Below are positions 1 through 10,643 of a stretch of 64,000 nucleotides of DNA, one piece after another. The stretch is from assembly GCF_003704095.1 (NCBI RefSeq), contig NW_020846941.1, positions 1-64,000 on the forward strand, read 5' to 3'. Origin of the DNA: Pocillopora damicornis. Taxonomy: Eukaryota. Every line of letters begins with the position of its first letter. Position 1 is the stretch's first letter. The position numbers were made by a program, and so were the translations under genes. The notes below the pieces were generated by a model, which saw nothing but the letters and a program-made list of their open reading frames with translations, was not told where the DNA came from and made no database searches.

Positions 1-607
1 CTCAAGGAGAAGATATGAAAAGAACTGATAAAAACTAATAAGATAGCTACTACATCTCTGGACAGTTCAAATTTTGATTTTCAATTTCCAACAATGATTC
101 GATTTCTGGATTTAGTACCCGTCCAAATCCGATTATCCTAACCGAAATGAGAATTTATAACTAATAGCTTGGCCAGATAGGAACCATGCAGAGCTAGGAA
201 ATAATAAGAAGTTGTGTTTGATTTTCGTCTTTAATAGAGATGCACACTCAGCGAGCCGAAGTTGAGACAATCTGTAAAGGTTACACAAAGAGGATTTAAG
301 ATATCAAAAAAATTAAACGATTCTTTCTCGCTTGTTCATGTGGTTTCTTGGATGTTTGATTGTTTTAACATTCAGATGAGGCAACCCACGCCGTTCGTAA
401 GCGGCAAAGTAATTCTCAGCAACGTTCACTTTTACCCTTCTTCCGATATTATATATAATTCTTAAAGGTTTTCGCTTCTAACATGAGCTAGTTATCGCTC
501 TTTTTTAGGCTGGATCTTTTTTCAATGAAAAACAGCAAATCTTATAAAAACATAATCGTATTTTCCAAATACGATAACACCACACTTCTGAATTGGCTAA
601 CACCCCC

Positions 608-628
608 CCTCTCTCTCTCTCTCTCTCT
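608..628 (+). repeat. (CT)n microsatellite
   Basis: Direct reading. Confidence 0.9.
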
Positions 629-1015
629 AGATCTTGCTCTGCCAGTTCTGAGAACCCCAAATAAGATCAGCACAACGCCATTTGTTGTCAATCCTCGCTT
701 ATGATGTTCGGCAGTTTCCTCTCATTTGTTTAAATATTACAATTTATTTTTCCTTTTGGAAAATAGTTTTGCAGTGATTCACTACACAATGAAAGAACAC
801 TGCAGCTCCTGATGGGAGTGAAAATCGGAGAAAATATCATGACTAAAATGGTCTAAAACAATACGTTTTCTTATAGATAGCTTAGGATGCTTCACAGTAT
901 AATGTCTCTCGCTCACTTTTATAAATCATAGTCAGTCAGAACTAAACCCAGCAGTAGCCATATACAATTATGCAAAGTTCTTGCTCCTACTAAAGACAAC
1001 AATAAGAGGAAATCA

Positions 1016-1240
1016 TCAATTTTGCATTTGATTGCGAGGAAACTCTTCAACAACACCACTAAGCAGGGTCAAAGACATGGAACAATCTTTTGCTTCCTTC
1101 ACGGTAGAGCTGAAAAATCCACCAGATCCTTGTTTGTTCATGTCCACAGCTATAGCTTTATCATTTGTTGGTCTTGAAGTGCAAAGCTTTCCATCAGCAG
1201 GGTTGAAGTACATTATTTCTTTGTTGGTCATGTTCTCCAT
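1016..1240 (-). CDS. Small uncharacterised 74-aa protein (IMYFNPADGKL...AIAVDMNKQGSGGFF + C-terminal extension)
   Basis: ATG in good context (AAG ATG G). Possible 5'UTR splice acceptor near 1287-1289 on the minus strand and AATAAA downstream near 743-748. Divergent from the kinase gene. No family securely recognised. Confidence 0.6.
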   Translation of the reverse strand: MENMTNKEIMYFNPADGKLCTSRPTNDKAIAVDMNKQGSGGFFSSTVKEAKDCSMSLTLLSGVVEEFPRNQMQN

Positions 1241-1449
1241 CTTTGTGCTTTTATCAGCGTTTTAAGAGCTTAAGGCTATGACAAAACTGTAAGGTGATGT
1301 TCTCCTCGATTTCCTCTGGTACCCTGGATTACTGATCAAAGTCTTGCTGACTTCCACACAAGCCAACAACGAGCTAATGAGTATATGTTCGATAGGGGCT
1401 CTCAATCAGTTCGTCGAAGATGACTTGTTTGTCCTAATCGTCGACGAAA

Positions 1450-1546
1450 TTCTCAGAAACATCGGAACTGACTGTCAATATCCGTCGCTCCGCCCTCTAA
1501 AGTAATTTGAAAGACAGGTCTTCTTTGTCTTCAGGTATTCTCGGAA
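1450..1546. promoter_or_regulatory. Two STAT-type GAS palindromes between the divergent small ORF and kinase
   Basis: TTCTCAGAA at 1450-1458 and TTCTCGGAA at 1538-1546, both matching TTCYNRGAA. Confidence 0.45.
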
Positions 1547-2302
1547 ATTAGAAAGTTGTTCTTTGTGATCAGACCTCTGAAATATGTAACGCGTCTGGCG
1601 AAAGCAAAACTTGCTGTGAATGAAATCACAGAACCAAAAAGAACTATTGCCACCGTTGTTTACCGCTCAACAGCTTACAGGACCGTGACAGAATAATCAC
1701 TGTAAGCGACCCGAAACCATATGACCCTCGGAGACGAGCCAGCCCGGCATACAAATATATTCGATGAGTCGCTAATCTGTTGTCATCAGTATCCATACAT
1801 TTGATGCGAAGAGCGTTCGTATTCCTTTTTCATGAAACAGACTATCACAACGACTAGAACTGGAACAAATAAGAAATTTGCGGAGGAAAAGAAGACTCTA
1901 GTTTCAAATAAAGGTAAGTTCAAAAATAGGAAGGTTGAGAGAACAAGTCAAGAAATATGATATAAACATAAGTTATGCTTTTCGGTTGACACCTATATCT
2001 GAATTAGTTTTTAGTGCATTAGCGATCTTCGAAACTTAACTCGCGAACATCGCGTGACAAGCGCTTCCTGATGAAAACAAATTAAATATTTTCGTTTCAC
2101 TAGTGGGAGTATCGCAGTGACATCTCATCGCCTGCAGCATTTCATTATCATTACTACAGGAGTACAGTCTCTCCTACTAACATTAATAAATGCATCCCTA
2201 TGTTGGCCTTTTGGCCTTAGTATTTCCTTCTCCGGCGGAACTTGGATAAAAACAATTGCCTCTGTCTCATTTTACAGGGAAGTAACTTAAGAGTCAGTTA
2301 AA

Positions 2303-4980
2303 ATGGGTGAGGAATTGGAAATCAAGATATGGGATTATCGAAAACTGAAAATCCGTAAAACTCTTGGACATGGTTCGTTTGGAACAGTTTATTTAGCGAA
2401 CTGTGTCGAGCCAGATGTGACAAATCATGTTGTGATGAAAGTCATGCACAACTCAGTGGCCATGAGAGATGACTCAAGAAGGCTTTTCATTAAGGAAGCC
2501 CTGTTATTAAAGAGTCTCAATCATGAGAATGTAGTCCGAATCTATGGTATTTGCATAAACCCTTTTACTATTATCATGGAGTACGTGGTTTTTGATTTTG
2601 AGCCTTTTCAAAGAAATAGGAAGGTTAGCACTTTGGACGAGTTTCTTTCGGAGATTGCTCGAGTGCCACAATCTGAAGAACATCGATTTGATCATCTAAT
2701 TCCAAAGATAGCAGTTGATATCACCAGAGGAGTTGCACATCTACATGGCCATGAAATTGTTCATCGCGACCTAAAGCCGATCAACATATTGATCTCCAAT
2801 CAGCATTACTCCAATCTTCAAGACAGGCGTCAGTTGAAGAGAATTCAGGCAGAGAGACCGATTGTATGCAAATTGGCTGATTTTGGCGAGAGCCGTTCTC
2901 AGTGGCTGCAGACAAATGGGCTCAGTGACCCTAACGCAAGCCAAGTATTCAGAGGGACAATTGCTTTCATGGCACCTGAGATTCTGTTGCGCGAACCAAT
3001 GGTACAAAGAAATAAACTTACCATGGACGATTTGAAAAAAGTGGATATCTGGGCGCTAGGGATGGTGTTTTACTGCTTGATTAACCCAGCTGACTCATAC
3101 CCATATCAACGAGACGGTTTCAATCAGCCCCTAGATATCATGAATTTTCAAAAACAAAGAAAACGTCCATCCTGTGACCCAAAGTACGAGAACAAACAGT
3201 CTTCAGCTTGGAAACATGTTAAAGATGTTTTTCATGCCTGTACAAACCATGATCCTCTCAGAAGACTAAAAGCAACACAGGTCTATGCTATTCTGGATGC
3301 TTCTTCCGCTTCCGTTACCCACAGCAGTCTAACGACAAGTATGTCTCTCTAATTCAGTTATAATCAATCTTTAACCTATGCTAGGTAGCCAGGAACCATT
3401 ATCACCAAAATTTGTTTTACATTTTGCACTGTGGAGATAAAGGCTAGGCCAACATTTCTGTAATTATCAAGGATAATGATGTTTCTTTTTGGTTTTCTAG
3501 CACTGAGGACTTTTCGATTTTTAGTGTATTGCTCTTTTTATCTACAGTTATGAAATGTATTACCTCATATTTCTCAGATGTGGTACCCCTTAAACAAGGA
3601 TTGTCCAGCGCCAGCCAGGGAACTTTTCAGTGGTATGCAAGCACACAGGGGGAGTCTGATGTTCAGTACATACTACGCAAGCTGAATGAAATTGCCGACA
3701 GTGTGGTGGATATGAGTCGCAATAAAGACTCCCGGGATCTTTGCATGTGCTTCCAGTGTAATGGTAAACAGTGGCAAGTCCGTTTTCCATCGAATTTTCC
3801 AGCTTCAAATGCCAGCTTGCATGTTGACGGAGTGTTTTACGCTATGGTTGGTGGTAATGCTATAAACACGTCCGTCAGAGCGCTGATATCAACAGTAATC
3901 CAGCCTAAAGGTACGCTGATTCATGGTGGTGCCGCACAAGTGACCACAGAACAGTGGTACGAGAGCATTCAAGGGGAGGCAGCTCTTCGTCATGTTTTAG
4001 ACGAGTTGACAAACTTTGCTGATAGTGAAGTGAATATGAGTCGACAAAAAGGCACACATGATGTCACGTTAAGTTTCACGCGCGACGGACATCACTGGGA
4101 AATCAGGTTTCCACCCGATTTTCCTAGATCTGAAGTAAACTTGTCAAATGGAGAACTCTCTAAAATAGTCAGTGGTGACAACATCAACACCGCCGTCCAA
4201 GCCATGATATCAGCAATAATTGAGGAGCAACCAACATGGGCTGACCGAAATCTTGTACCCGTGGCACGGATAAATGCAGAGCAGTGGTATGCTGGTGATC
4301 AAGGAGAGGCAGCTCTTCGATTCGTTTCCCAAGAATTGAGGAACATCACTGATAGTGAGTTAAGAATAAGTCGAGAAAAGGACACCCATGACGTCACGTT
4401 GACTCTCGAGTGCAAAGGACAACATTGGGAAATCAGGTTTCCATCGAACTTTCCGAAATCCAATGCGAGCTTGTTCAAGAGCGGAGATTTCTACGCAATG
4501 GCTGGTGGTGACCAGTTAGAAACAGCAGTCAGGGAGATAATCAATCGCATAAAGTTTTTTGATCAACCATTTCCAGAAATGTGTGGTAACTCTACAAGCG
4601 TGACAACTGAACAGTGGTATACCGGAGACTCAGGAGAGGCCGCTCTTAGATATGTTTTCGACGCGCTAAGGAAAATCGCCGACGGCGAGGTCAAGATGCG
4701 ACGCAGTACTGACACTCGAGACATCACTCTGAGCCTTCGCCGCCGAGGAAGAGAATGTACAATTACCTTTCCTTATAATTTTCCAAAATCCAATGCAAGT
4801 GTGTCCACGAACAGGGAAGACTACATAATGATCGGCGGGAATAATGTTGAAAATGCTGTTAGCGCTTTAATTAATCATATTACATCTGTAGATCCGTCGC
4901 ACTCAAACATTGCATCTGCGTTCCCGTCACACTTAACTCTTTCAGAAACCCAGGCAGGTGCCCTCTGCTACATACAATAG
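2303..4980 (+). CDS. Ser/Thr protein kinase (TKL-like) fused to four tandem UBC/RWD-like domains; exons 2303-3338 and 3578-4980, about 812 aa
   Basis: All kinase motifs present: GHGSFGTV, VVMK, alphaC Glu (FIKE), HRDLKPIN, DFG, APE, DIWALG. Donor GTATGT at 3339 and acceptor TTCTCAG at 3571-3577 are both phase 1 and join the two ORFs in frame. A 5'UTR intron (GTAAGT 1914 to TTTACAG 2277) precedes the ATG. Confidence 0.85.
3628..4880 (+). repeat. Four tandem ~110-aa domains (QWY-x4-GE-x-AL...W-x-I-R-FPxNFP-x-SNASL)
   Basis: QWY starts at 3628, 3952, 4282 and 4612 (spacing 324/330/330 nt). The four units align by eye. Confidence 0.9.
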
Positions 4981-4994
4981 ATTGAACATATTTC

Positions 4995-5920
4995 CATTTT
5001 GGATCTATCACATCTTTTCCATACGCGGTCTAAGGTACTTTCCAACGAGGAGACGCACCTTAATTTCAAAAATGACTTCCAGACTCGGTGAACCATTAGT
5101 ACAGCATTCTCTTAATATTTTAGAACGTAGTTATTTTCATTTCTTTGATAGTAGGCGTTTTGTAACTTCTTGAACCGTCCCCGACAGTGGAACACTAATT
5201 TTAAATTTTGCCAAGTAGTTTATTTTCATCAAAGTTTTTGTGACTCTTCTTTTTACTGAAGGACCAATTTGAGAAGAGAGTTAAGGGAAACCACTTTAAT
5301 TTCTAACTTTCTTTGTTTGTTCTGTTCGTTTTTTTTAATGATGGAGTAATTCATTTTAATAAGCGATCACTATCACACCGTAGTTCCAAGAAAAGCAGGA
5401 ACACAATGTCATGTTCATTGCATCACCCTCCCTGATCGGGTTGTGCACTATACAAATATATCTCCGCACTAACGTCATTTTGGATCTATCACATCTTTTC
5501 CATACTCGGTCTAAGGTACTTTCCAGTGAGGAGACGTACCTTAATTTCAAAACTAAATGACCTCCAGACTCGGTGAACCATTAGTATAGCATTCTTTTGA
5601 TATTTTAGAGCGTAGTTATTTTCATTTCTTTGATAGTAAGCGTTGCGTGACTTCTTGAACCGTCCCCGACAGTGGAACATCCTCTTTAAATTTTGCCAAG
5701 TAGTTTATTTTCATCAAAGCTTTTGTGACTCTTCTTCACACTGAATGACCAATTCGAGAGGAGAGTTAAGGGAAACAACTTTAATTTCTGAATTCTTTTG
5801 TTTTGTTTTTTTTGCTGGTTTTTTTTTATGATGGAGTAATTTATGCTTATAAGCGATCACCATCACACCGCAGTTCCAAGAAAAGAAGGAACAAATTGTC
5901 ACATTGATTGCATCACCCTC
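4995..5920 (+). repeat. Tandem direct duplication of ~440 bp (period 481 bp) downstream of the kinase stop
   Basis: CATTTTGGATCTATCACATCTTTTCCATAC starts at 4995 and 5476. Both copies run to GCATCACCCTC (~5430 and 5920). Confidence 0.92.
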
Positions 5921-7310
5921 GAGCATTATACAAAAATATGAATGTGAAAGTTCTCGAGTTGTTTGTTTTAATGGCTTTTATTACAGACAGGTGGTGACCT
6001 CTTTCTCAGACAATATCGCTGTGGCATCTTAAAACGCAGCGACACAAAGCACTCCAAATTTTAGACATCACCCAGTCGCTTTCATCGCATTCGTTCATAG
6101 AGCACTGCAAACAGCATTTCACTTCTCGCCATCCCGAGCTTACCTTTTCTGGATGACATGATCTTCCCTTTCTTGTTCAATCCAGTCTTAAAGATGAACT
6201 ACCACTGTCCTCTGACTTTTAACAGATTTCCTCTCTTTGATCTCTTCCGCATTTCGTATCAGTCAAAACGTAGGGCTTCCATGAAACAATGTTCAAAGAA
6301 CGTATTGTCTATGACCAAGCGTAATTTCGTGGAAATGTTTTCGTAGGTTAAACTGCATGCCAATCATTCACCCAGGATCCAGCTGTGAAGATATTCGAAG
6401 AAAACAAGCAATCAACTGTCAACTTTGTCTGTATTACTTTCTATTTTTAGAGACAGGGTATCGATAGCATTCCCGGTAAAAAACTGAAAAGTCAAAAGAT
6501 AAGTTCACGCTTGATACTACTAACATTCGCCCTGTTTGTTCACGTTTTGTTCGATGCATGCAATATCTTAGTAAGTTCTACTCTTAAGATTTCGTCGCAC
6601 GAAAATAAGAACCGAGGAACCTCAACGAAAGACTATGAAGCTTAATGATGTCGTTTTCCCGTGAAAGTTATCGAAGCTAGATTTTCCGCAATATTACCCG
6701 CAAATATGTAATATATAATTTAACTCTTCAACCTGAGATCTTTATTAACAAACAATCCAAATATTTACAAGAAAATATAAACTGCGTAAGTGTTGTGCAT
6801 TGTGCTATAATTCAGAAGCTATGAGCGCTCTCCAACCGTAGATCATGGCATGTGTTGGACGTTATCCCTATGTACACTTATACAGTTTCTCAAATTAAAT
6901 GAAGAAATTGAATTGAGGACATTTTCTCTAAAATAGTATAAAGTTCTCCGCCGAAATTTAAAAACGCATCCGTAACGTTCTGATTAGACAACTATGGGCA
7001 TGGAACAGTTATGTCAAGATAACAAGTCTTACACAAACTTTTAGGGCCAGACAGTTCTTTCATAACTCAATTCTCAAACTACGTGAGGGTTTAAACGCGC
7101 TGAATGAGTTGATCCGACTGGATACAGACCAGTAAGCCGTTGTCGTGAAACTCTTCGTCAGAAACCCTCCAATACTTTCATTGAATTTCAAAGCAGGGGA
7201 ATTGTAGCCTAGAATAATGAATTTCACGTGATTACATTCAGTCTCCTGCAAGTTTTTTTTGTGATTAGAATAGCATCATTTTAATCAGCTAACAGCGCTG
7301 GGGGAAACTG

Positions 7311-7858
7311 TTCTAAGAAAAAGCAGACAGCTATCAACTTCATTTGCTCCTCCCTTTGCTTTCATAAGTACGTCATCGCCAGGGTGCCTTTAATTCTCGG
7401 AAAAAAATGTCACAATGAGTTTATCTTTAACACTGCATCAGAAATAAAGCAACGAGTTTTTTAGCTACCCAGTTTTATTCCGCGTATATGAGGCAATCAA
7501 TTGATTTTCGATAGGCATAAGTAATTGTTGAATCCTTTTAAACAGATAGAAATTTAGGATCCAACTAATCGTTCCTTTCTTTCTTGTCACGCTGTGACAT
7601 TCACGCAAGAGTTTTAGTCTTTTCCGGGAAAAGAATCATAATATTAGCATGGGGAACCCAACGAAACTAAAAGGGACTGTAAAACTGAAGCTTCTAAGCT
7701 TTCGTAACTCACAACGAAAGAATAGAGCGCTAAAATTTTCGAAAATCAGTAGCGTAGCCTGTTTGGTAACGAAACATCTTGTTCCAACAAGTTTATTGAA
7801 GCTGTGTAAGGAAGCGACATTGTTGCATATTTTACAGTCACGGTACACTTTCCCAGAA
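7311..7858. promoter_or_regulatory. Four GAS palindromes upstream of JAB paralog 1
   Basis: TTCTAAGAA 7311, TTCTCGGAA 7394, TTCCGGGAA 7622, TTCCCAGAA 7850. Confidence 0.55.
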
Positions 7859-7928
7859 AACCAACTTCCGCAGTAATCCTTATAACGCGTAGATCGTAAG
7901 CGAAAGGTCCTCGAAAAAGTGCTTCGAA

Positions 7929-10643
7929 ATGATGTCGTGGTGGAGAAGGTCACCCGAGTCGCAGCGAGGGAATTTTAATGTGGTAATCTACGAAAGTGAT
8001 TACAAACAGCTATGCGCTTGGGTGCTCAAGAAAACGAACATCGAAACTGGTGGAGATTTGTTTGGTTTGTGGGCTGACAAAAACACGGCTGTTATTCAGT
8101 TTGTTGTCGGACCTGGCCAAAATTGTCGAAGATCTTCAGTTTCTTTCTACCAAGATATCAGCTACTTGGAGGAGATTGGTTCCCACATGACAAAAAGTGA
8201 AGGCGTTTGTCATATCGGCGAGTGGCATTCTCACCATCAACTTGGTCTCGCCAGGCCAAGCGGGGGAGACGAGAATACTGTGTGGAACAACATGCCCACC
8301 TACAACTTGAAGAGGTTCGTGATTTTCATCGCCAACATAGAGAAATCACGAAAACATCCCTACAATGTGAATATTGGCTGCTTCCTGTTTGAGCTTGAGA
8401 GTGTCAATGGTAAAGAGAAAGAACTTCCGGTATTACAAGGAACATTCGAGATACTGAAAAAAGAAAATCCATTGAATGGGAAACTGTCGAAGAAGAGAGA
8501 AGAAGGTGCAGAGCATGACGAGATGGAAATAGAAATGGAATGTTTACAGATGAAGATATCTCCCGAGGGACACCCACGAGTAACTTATGTCGAATCATTC
8601 CCCTGCTTGGGGAAAAAGAGGCCTAAAACTGACGATGAATCAGGAAAAAAGAACAAAAAGAAAAAAAAGAAACCGAGTAAAGACGTCAAAGGTACTTCCG
8701 TTGTTAGCAAAACCACTCAAGGAAATGGAAACATGACGCCAGATGACCCCAAAAGCGGGAAGTCGAAAGGAGCAGAAGGCACCCACGAGACGGCCAGCAG
8801 TGATTCAAATGGGGATAATGATTCCTATGAAGGCCAAGCAGACAACCCCCAAAAAAGGACGTCAACAAGAGCAGAAGGCACCGCTGAGACAGCCACCAGT
8901 GATTCAAAGGAGGGTAATGATTCCCATGGAAGCCAAGCAGATGAGCCCAAAAGAAGGATGTCGACAGGAAAAGAAGGCACCACCAAGACAGCCACCAGTG
9001 ATTCAAATGAAGATAATGATTCCCATGGAAGCCAAGCAGATGACCCCCAAAAAGGGAAGTCGACAGGAGAAGAAGGCACAGCCAAGACAGCCACCAGTGA
9101 TTCATGTGAGGATAATGATTCCCATGGAAACCACGCAGATGACCCCTCCAAAGGAAAGTCGACAGGAGAAGAAGGCACGGCTAAGACAGCCACCAGTGAT
9201 TCAAAGGAGGGCAATGATCCCCATAGAAGCCAAGCAGATGACCCCCTAAAAGGGAAGTTGAAAGGAGAAGAAGGCACCGCCAAGACAGCCACCAGTGATT
9301 CAGATGAGGATAATGATTCCCATGGAAGCCAAGCAGATGACCCCCCCAAAGGAAAGTCGACAGGAGAAGAAGGCACCGCCAAGACAGCCACTAGTGATTC
9401 CTGTGAGGATAATGATTCCCATGGAAGCCACACAGATGACCCCCAAAAAGGGAAGTCGAAAGGAGAAGAAGGCTCCGCCAAGACAGCCACCAGTGATTCA
9501 AATGAGGGTAATGATCTCCATGGAAGCCAAGCATATGATCCCCAAGAAGGGAAGTCGAAAGGAAAAGAAGGCACCGCCAAGGCAGCCACCAGTGATTCAA
9601 ATGAGGGTAATGATTTCCATGCAAGCCAAGTAGATGACCCCCAAAAAGATAAGTCGACAGGAGAAGAAGGCACCGCCAAGATGGCCGCCAGTGATTCAAA
9701 TGAGGGTAATGATTCCCATGGAAGCCAAGCAGATGAGCCCAAAAGAAGGGTGTCGACAGGAAAAGAAGGCATAGCCAAGACAGCCACCAGTGATTCAGAT
9801 GAGGGTAATGATTTCCATGGAAGCCAAGTAGATGACCCCCAAAAAGGGAAGTCGAAAGGAGAAGAAGGCACCGCCAAGATAGCCGCCAGTGATTCAGATG
9901 AGGATAATGATTTCCATGGAAGCCAAGCAGATGACCCCCAAAAAGGGAAGTTTAAAGGAAAAGAAGGCACCGCCAAGACAGCCACCAGTGATTCAAATGA
10001 GGGTAATGATTTCCATGGAAGCAAAGCTGATGACCCCCCAGAAGGGAAGTCGACAGGAGAAGAAGGCACCGCCAAGACAGCCACCAGTGATTCAAACGGG
10101 GACAATGATTCCCATGGAAGCCAAGCGAATGACCCCCAAAAAGGGAAGTCGAAAAGAAAGGAAGGTACCGCCAAGACAGCCACCAGTGATTCAGCAAATA
10201 ACGCAGAGCCTCCTGGTAGAGACCCGAAAAAAGCTTTCAATCAGCTTAATCAGGATCAAACGTCAAGATCAAACAAAAATATGTTGGGGCAAGGGGAAGC
10301 GCCTATGGAAGAAAAGCAGACCAAATCCAGGAGTCAGACGTCGGATCGTGGTGCAAACAAGCCCGAAAACCCACATGACAACGACAAGGACAAACTAAGG
10401 GAAGGGCAGAAAAATGATGTCAGTAAAGCTGGAAGCAGCCAACCAACACCAGGAAAATCTTTCAAGGCTACAAAAACTACACCTAAGAACAAATCAGGAA
10501 CACCGCCGTCAAGACCTGTGCCTGGGAAAGCAGTACCAGTAAAACCAGCTGGTAAAGGAGCCAAGAAAAAAGTCGACGAAAAAGGCGACATTGGGAAGAA
10601 AGGTGGCCCCACCAAATCTACGACCAAAAAACTATTAAAATGA
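7929..10643 (+). CDS. JAB/MPN+ (JAMM) metalloprotease-domain protein with long repetitive, disordered C-terminus (paralog 1, 904 aa)
   Basis: ETGGDLFG (catalytic Glu) ... VVGPG ... HIGEWHSHHQLGLARPSGGD (HxH...SxxD Zn ligands). Basic NLS-like KKRPK/KKNKKKKKK. Single uninterrupted ORF. Confidence 0.88.
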   Translation: MMSWWRRSPESQRGNFNVVIYESDYKQLCAWVLKKTNIETGGDLFGLWADKNTAVIQFVVGPGQNCRRSSVSFYQDISYLEEIGSHMTKSEGVCHIGEWHSHHQLGLARPSGGDENTVWNNMPTYNLKRFVIFIANIEKSRKHPYNVNIGCFLFELESVNGKEKELPVLQGTFEILKKENPLNGKLSKKREEGAEHDEMEIEMECLQMKISPEGHPRVTYVESFPCLGKKRPKTDDESGKKNKKKKKKPSKDVKGTSVVSKTTQGNGNMTPDDPKSGKSKGAEGTHETASSDSNGDNDSYEGQADNPQKRTSTRAEGTAETATSDSKEGNDSHGSQADEPKRRMSTGKEGTTKTATSDSNEDNDSHGSQADDPQKGKSTGEEGTAKTATSDSCEDNDSHGNHADDPSKGKSTGEEGTAKTATSDSKEGNDPHRSQADDPLKGKLKGEEGTAKTATSDSDEDNDSHGSQADDPPKGKSTGEEGTAKTATSDSCEDNDSHGSHTDDPQKGKSKGEEGSAKTATSDSNEGNDLHGSQAYDPQEGKSKGKEGTAKAATSDSNEGNDFHASQVDDPQKDKSTGEEGTAKMAASDSNEGNDSHGSQADEPKRRVSTGKEGIAKTATSDSDEGNDFHGSQVDDPQKGKSKGEEGTAKIAASDSDEDNDFHGSQADDPQKGKFKGKEGTAKTATSDSNEGNDFHGSKADDPPEGKSTGEEGTAKTATSDSNGDNDSHGSQANDPQKGKSKRKEGTAKTATSDSANNAEPPGRDPKKAFNQLNQDQTSRSNKNMLGQGEAPMEEKQTKSRSQTSDRGANKPENPHDNDKDKLREGQKNDVSKAGSSQPTPGKSFKATKTTPKNKSGTPPSRPVPGKAVPVKPAGKGAKKKVDEKGDIGKKGGPTKSTTKKLLK
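8742..10193 (+). repeat. Coding minisatellite, 99 bp / 33 aa, about 15 units (GKSTGEEGTAKTATSDSNEDNDSHGSQADDPQK)
   Basis: The AGTGATTC (SDS) anchor recurs 15 times. First-to-last distance 8798 to 10184 is 1386 = 14 x 99. Confidence 0.95.

Noticed and set aside
1016-1240. Canonical ubiquitin-like (beta-grasp) protein
   Set aside because: Only ~41 residues precede the GG and there is no ubiquitin-like pattern; kept only as a hypothetical peptide substrate.
3529-3577. Independent start for the 483-aa ORF
   Set aside because: Starts at TTG inside a T-rich intron end; a phase-compatible acceptor at 3577 explains it better.
3628-4880. Active E2 ubiquitin-conjugating enzyme
   Set aside because: No HPN motif or conserved catalytic Cys after FPxNFP in any repeat.
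8742-10193. CRISPR-like regular array
   Set aside because: The whole unit repeats with no unique spacers, it is in-frame coding, and the context is eukaryotic.
8704-10398. Long antisense and alternative-frame ORFs (471 aa and others) over JAB1
   Set aside because: By-products of a 99-bp tandem repeat that lacks stops in several frames; no independent coding signal.
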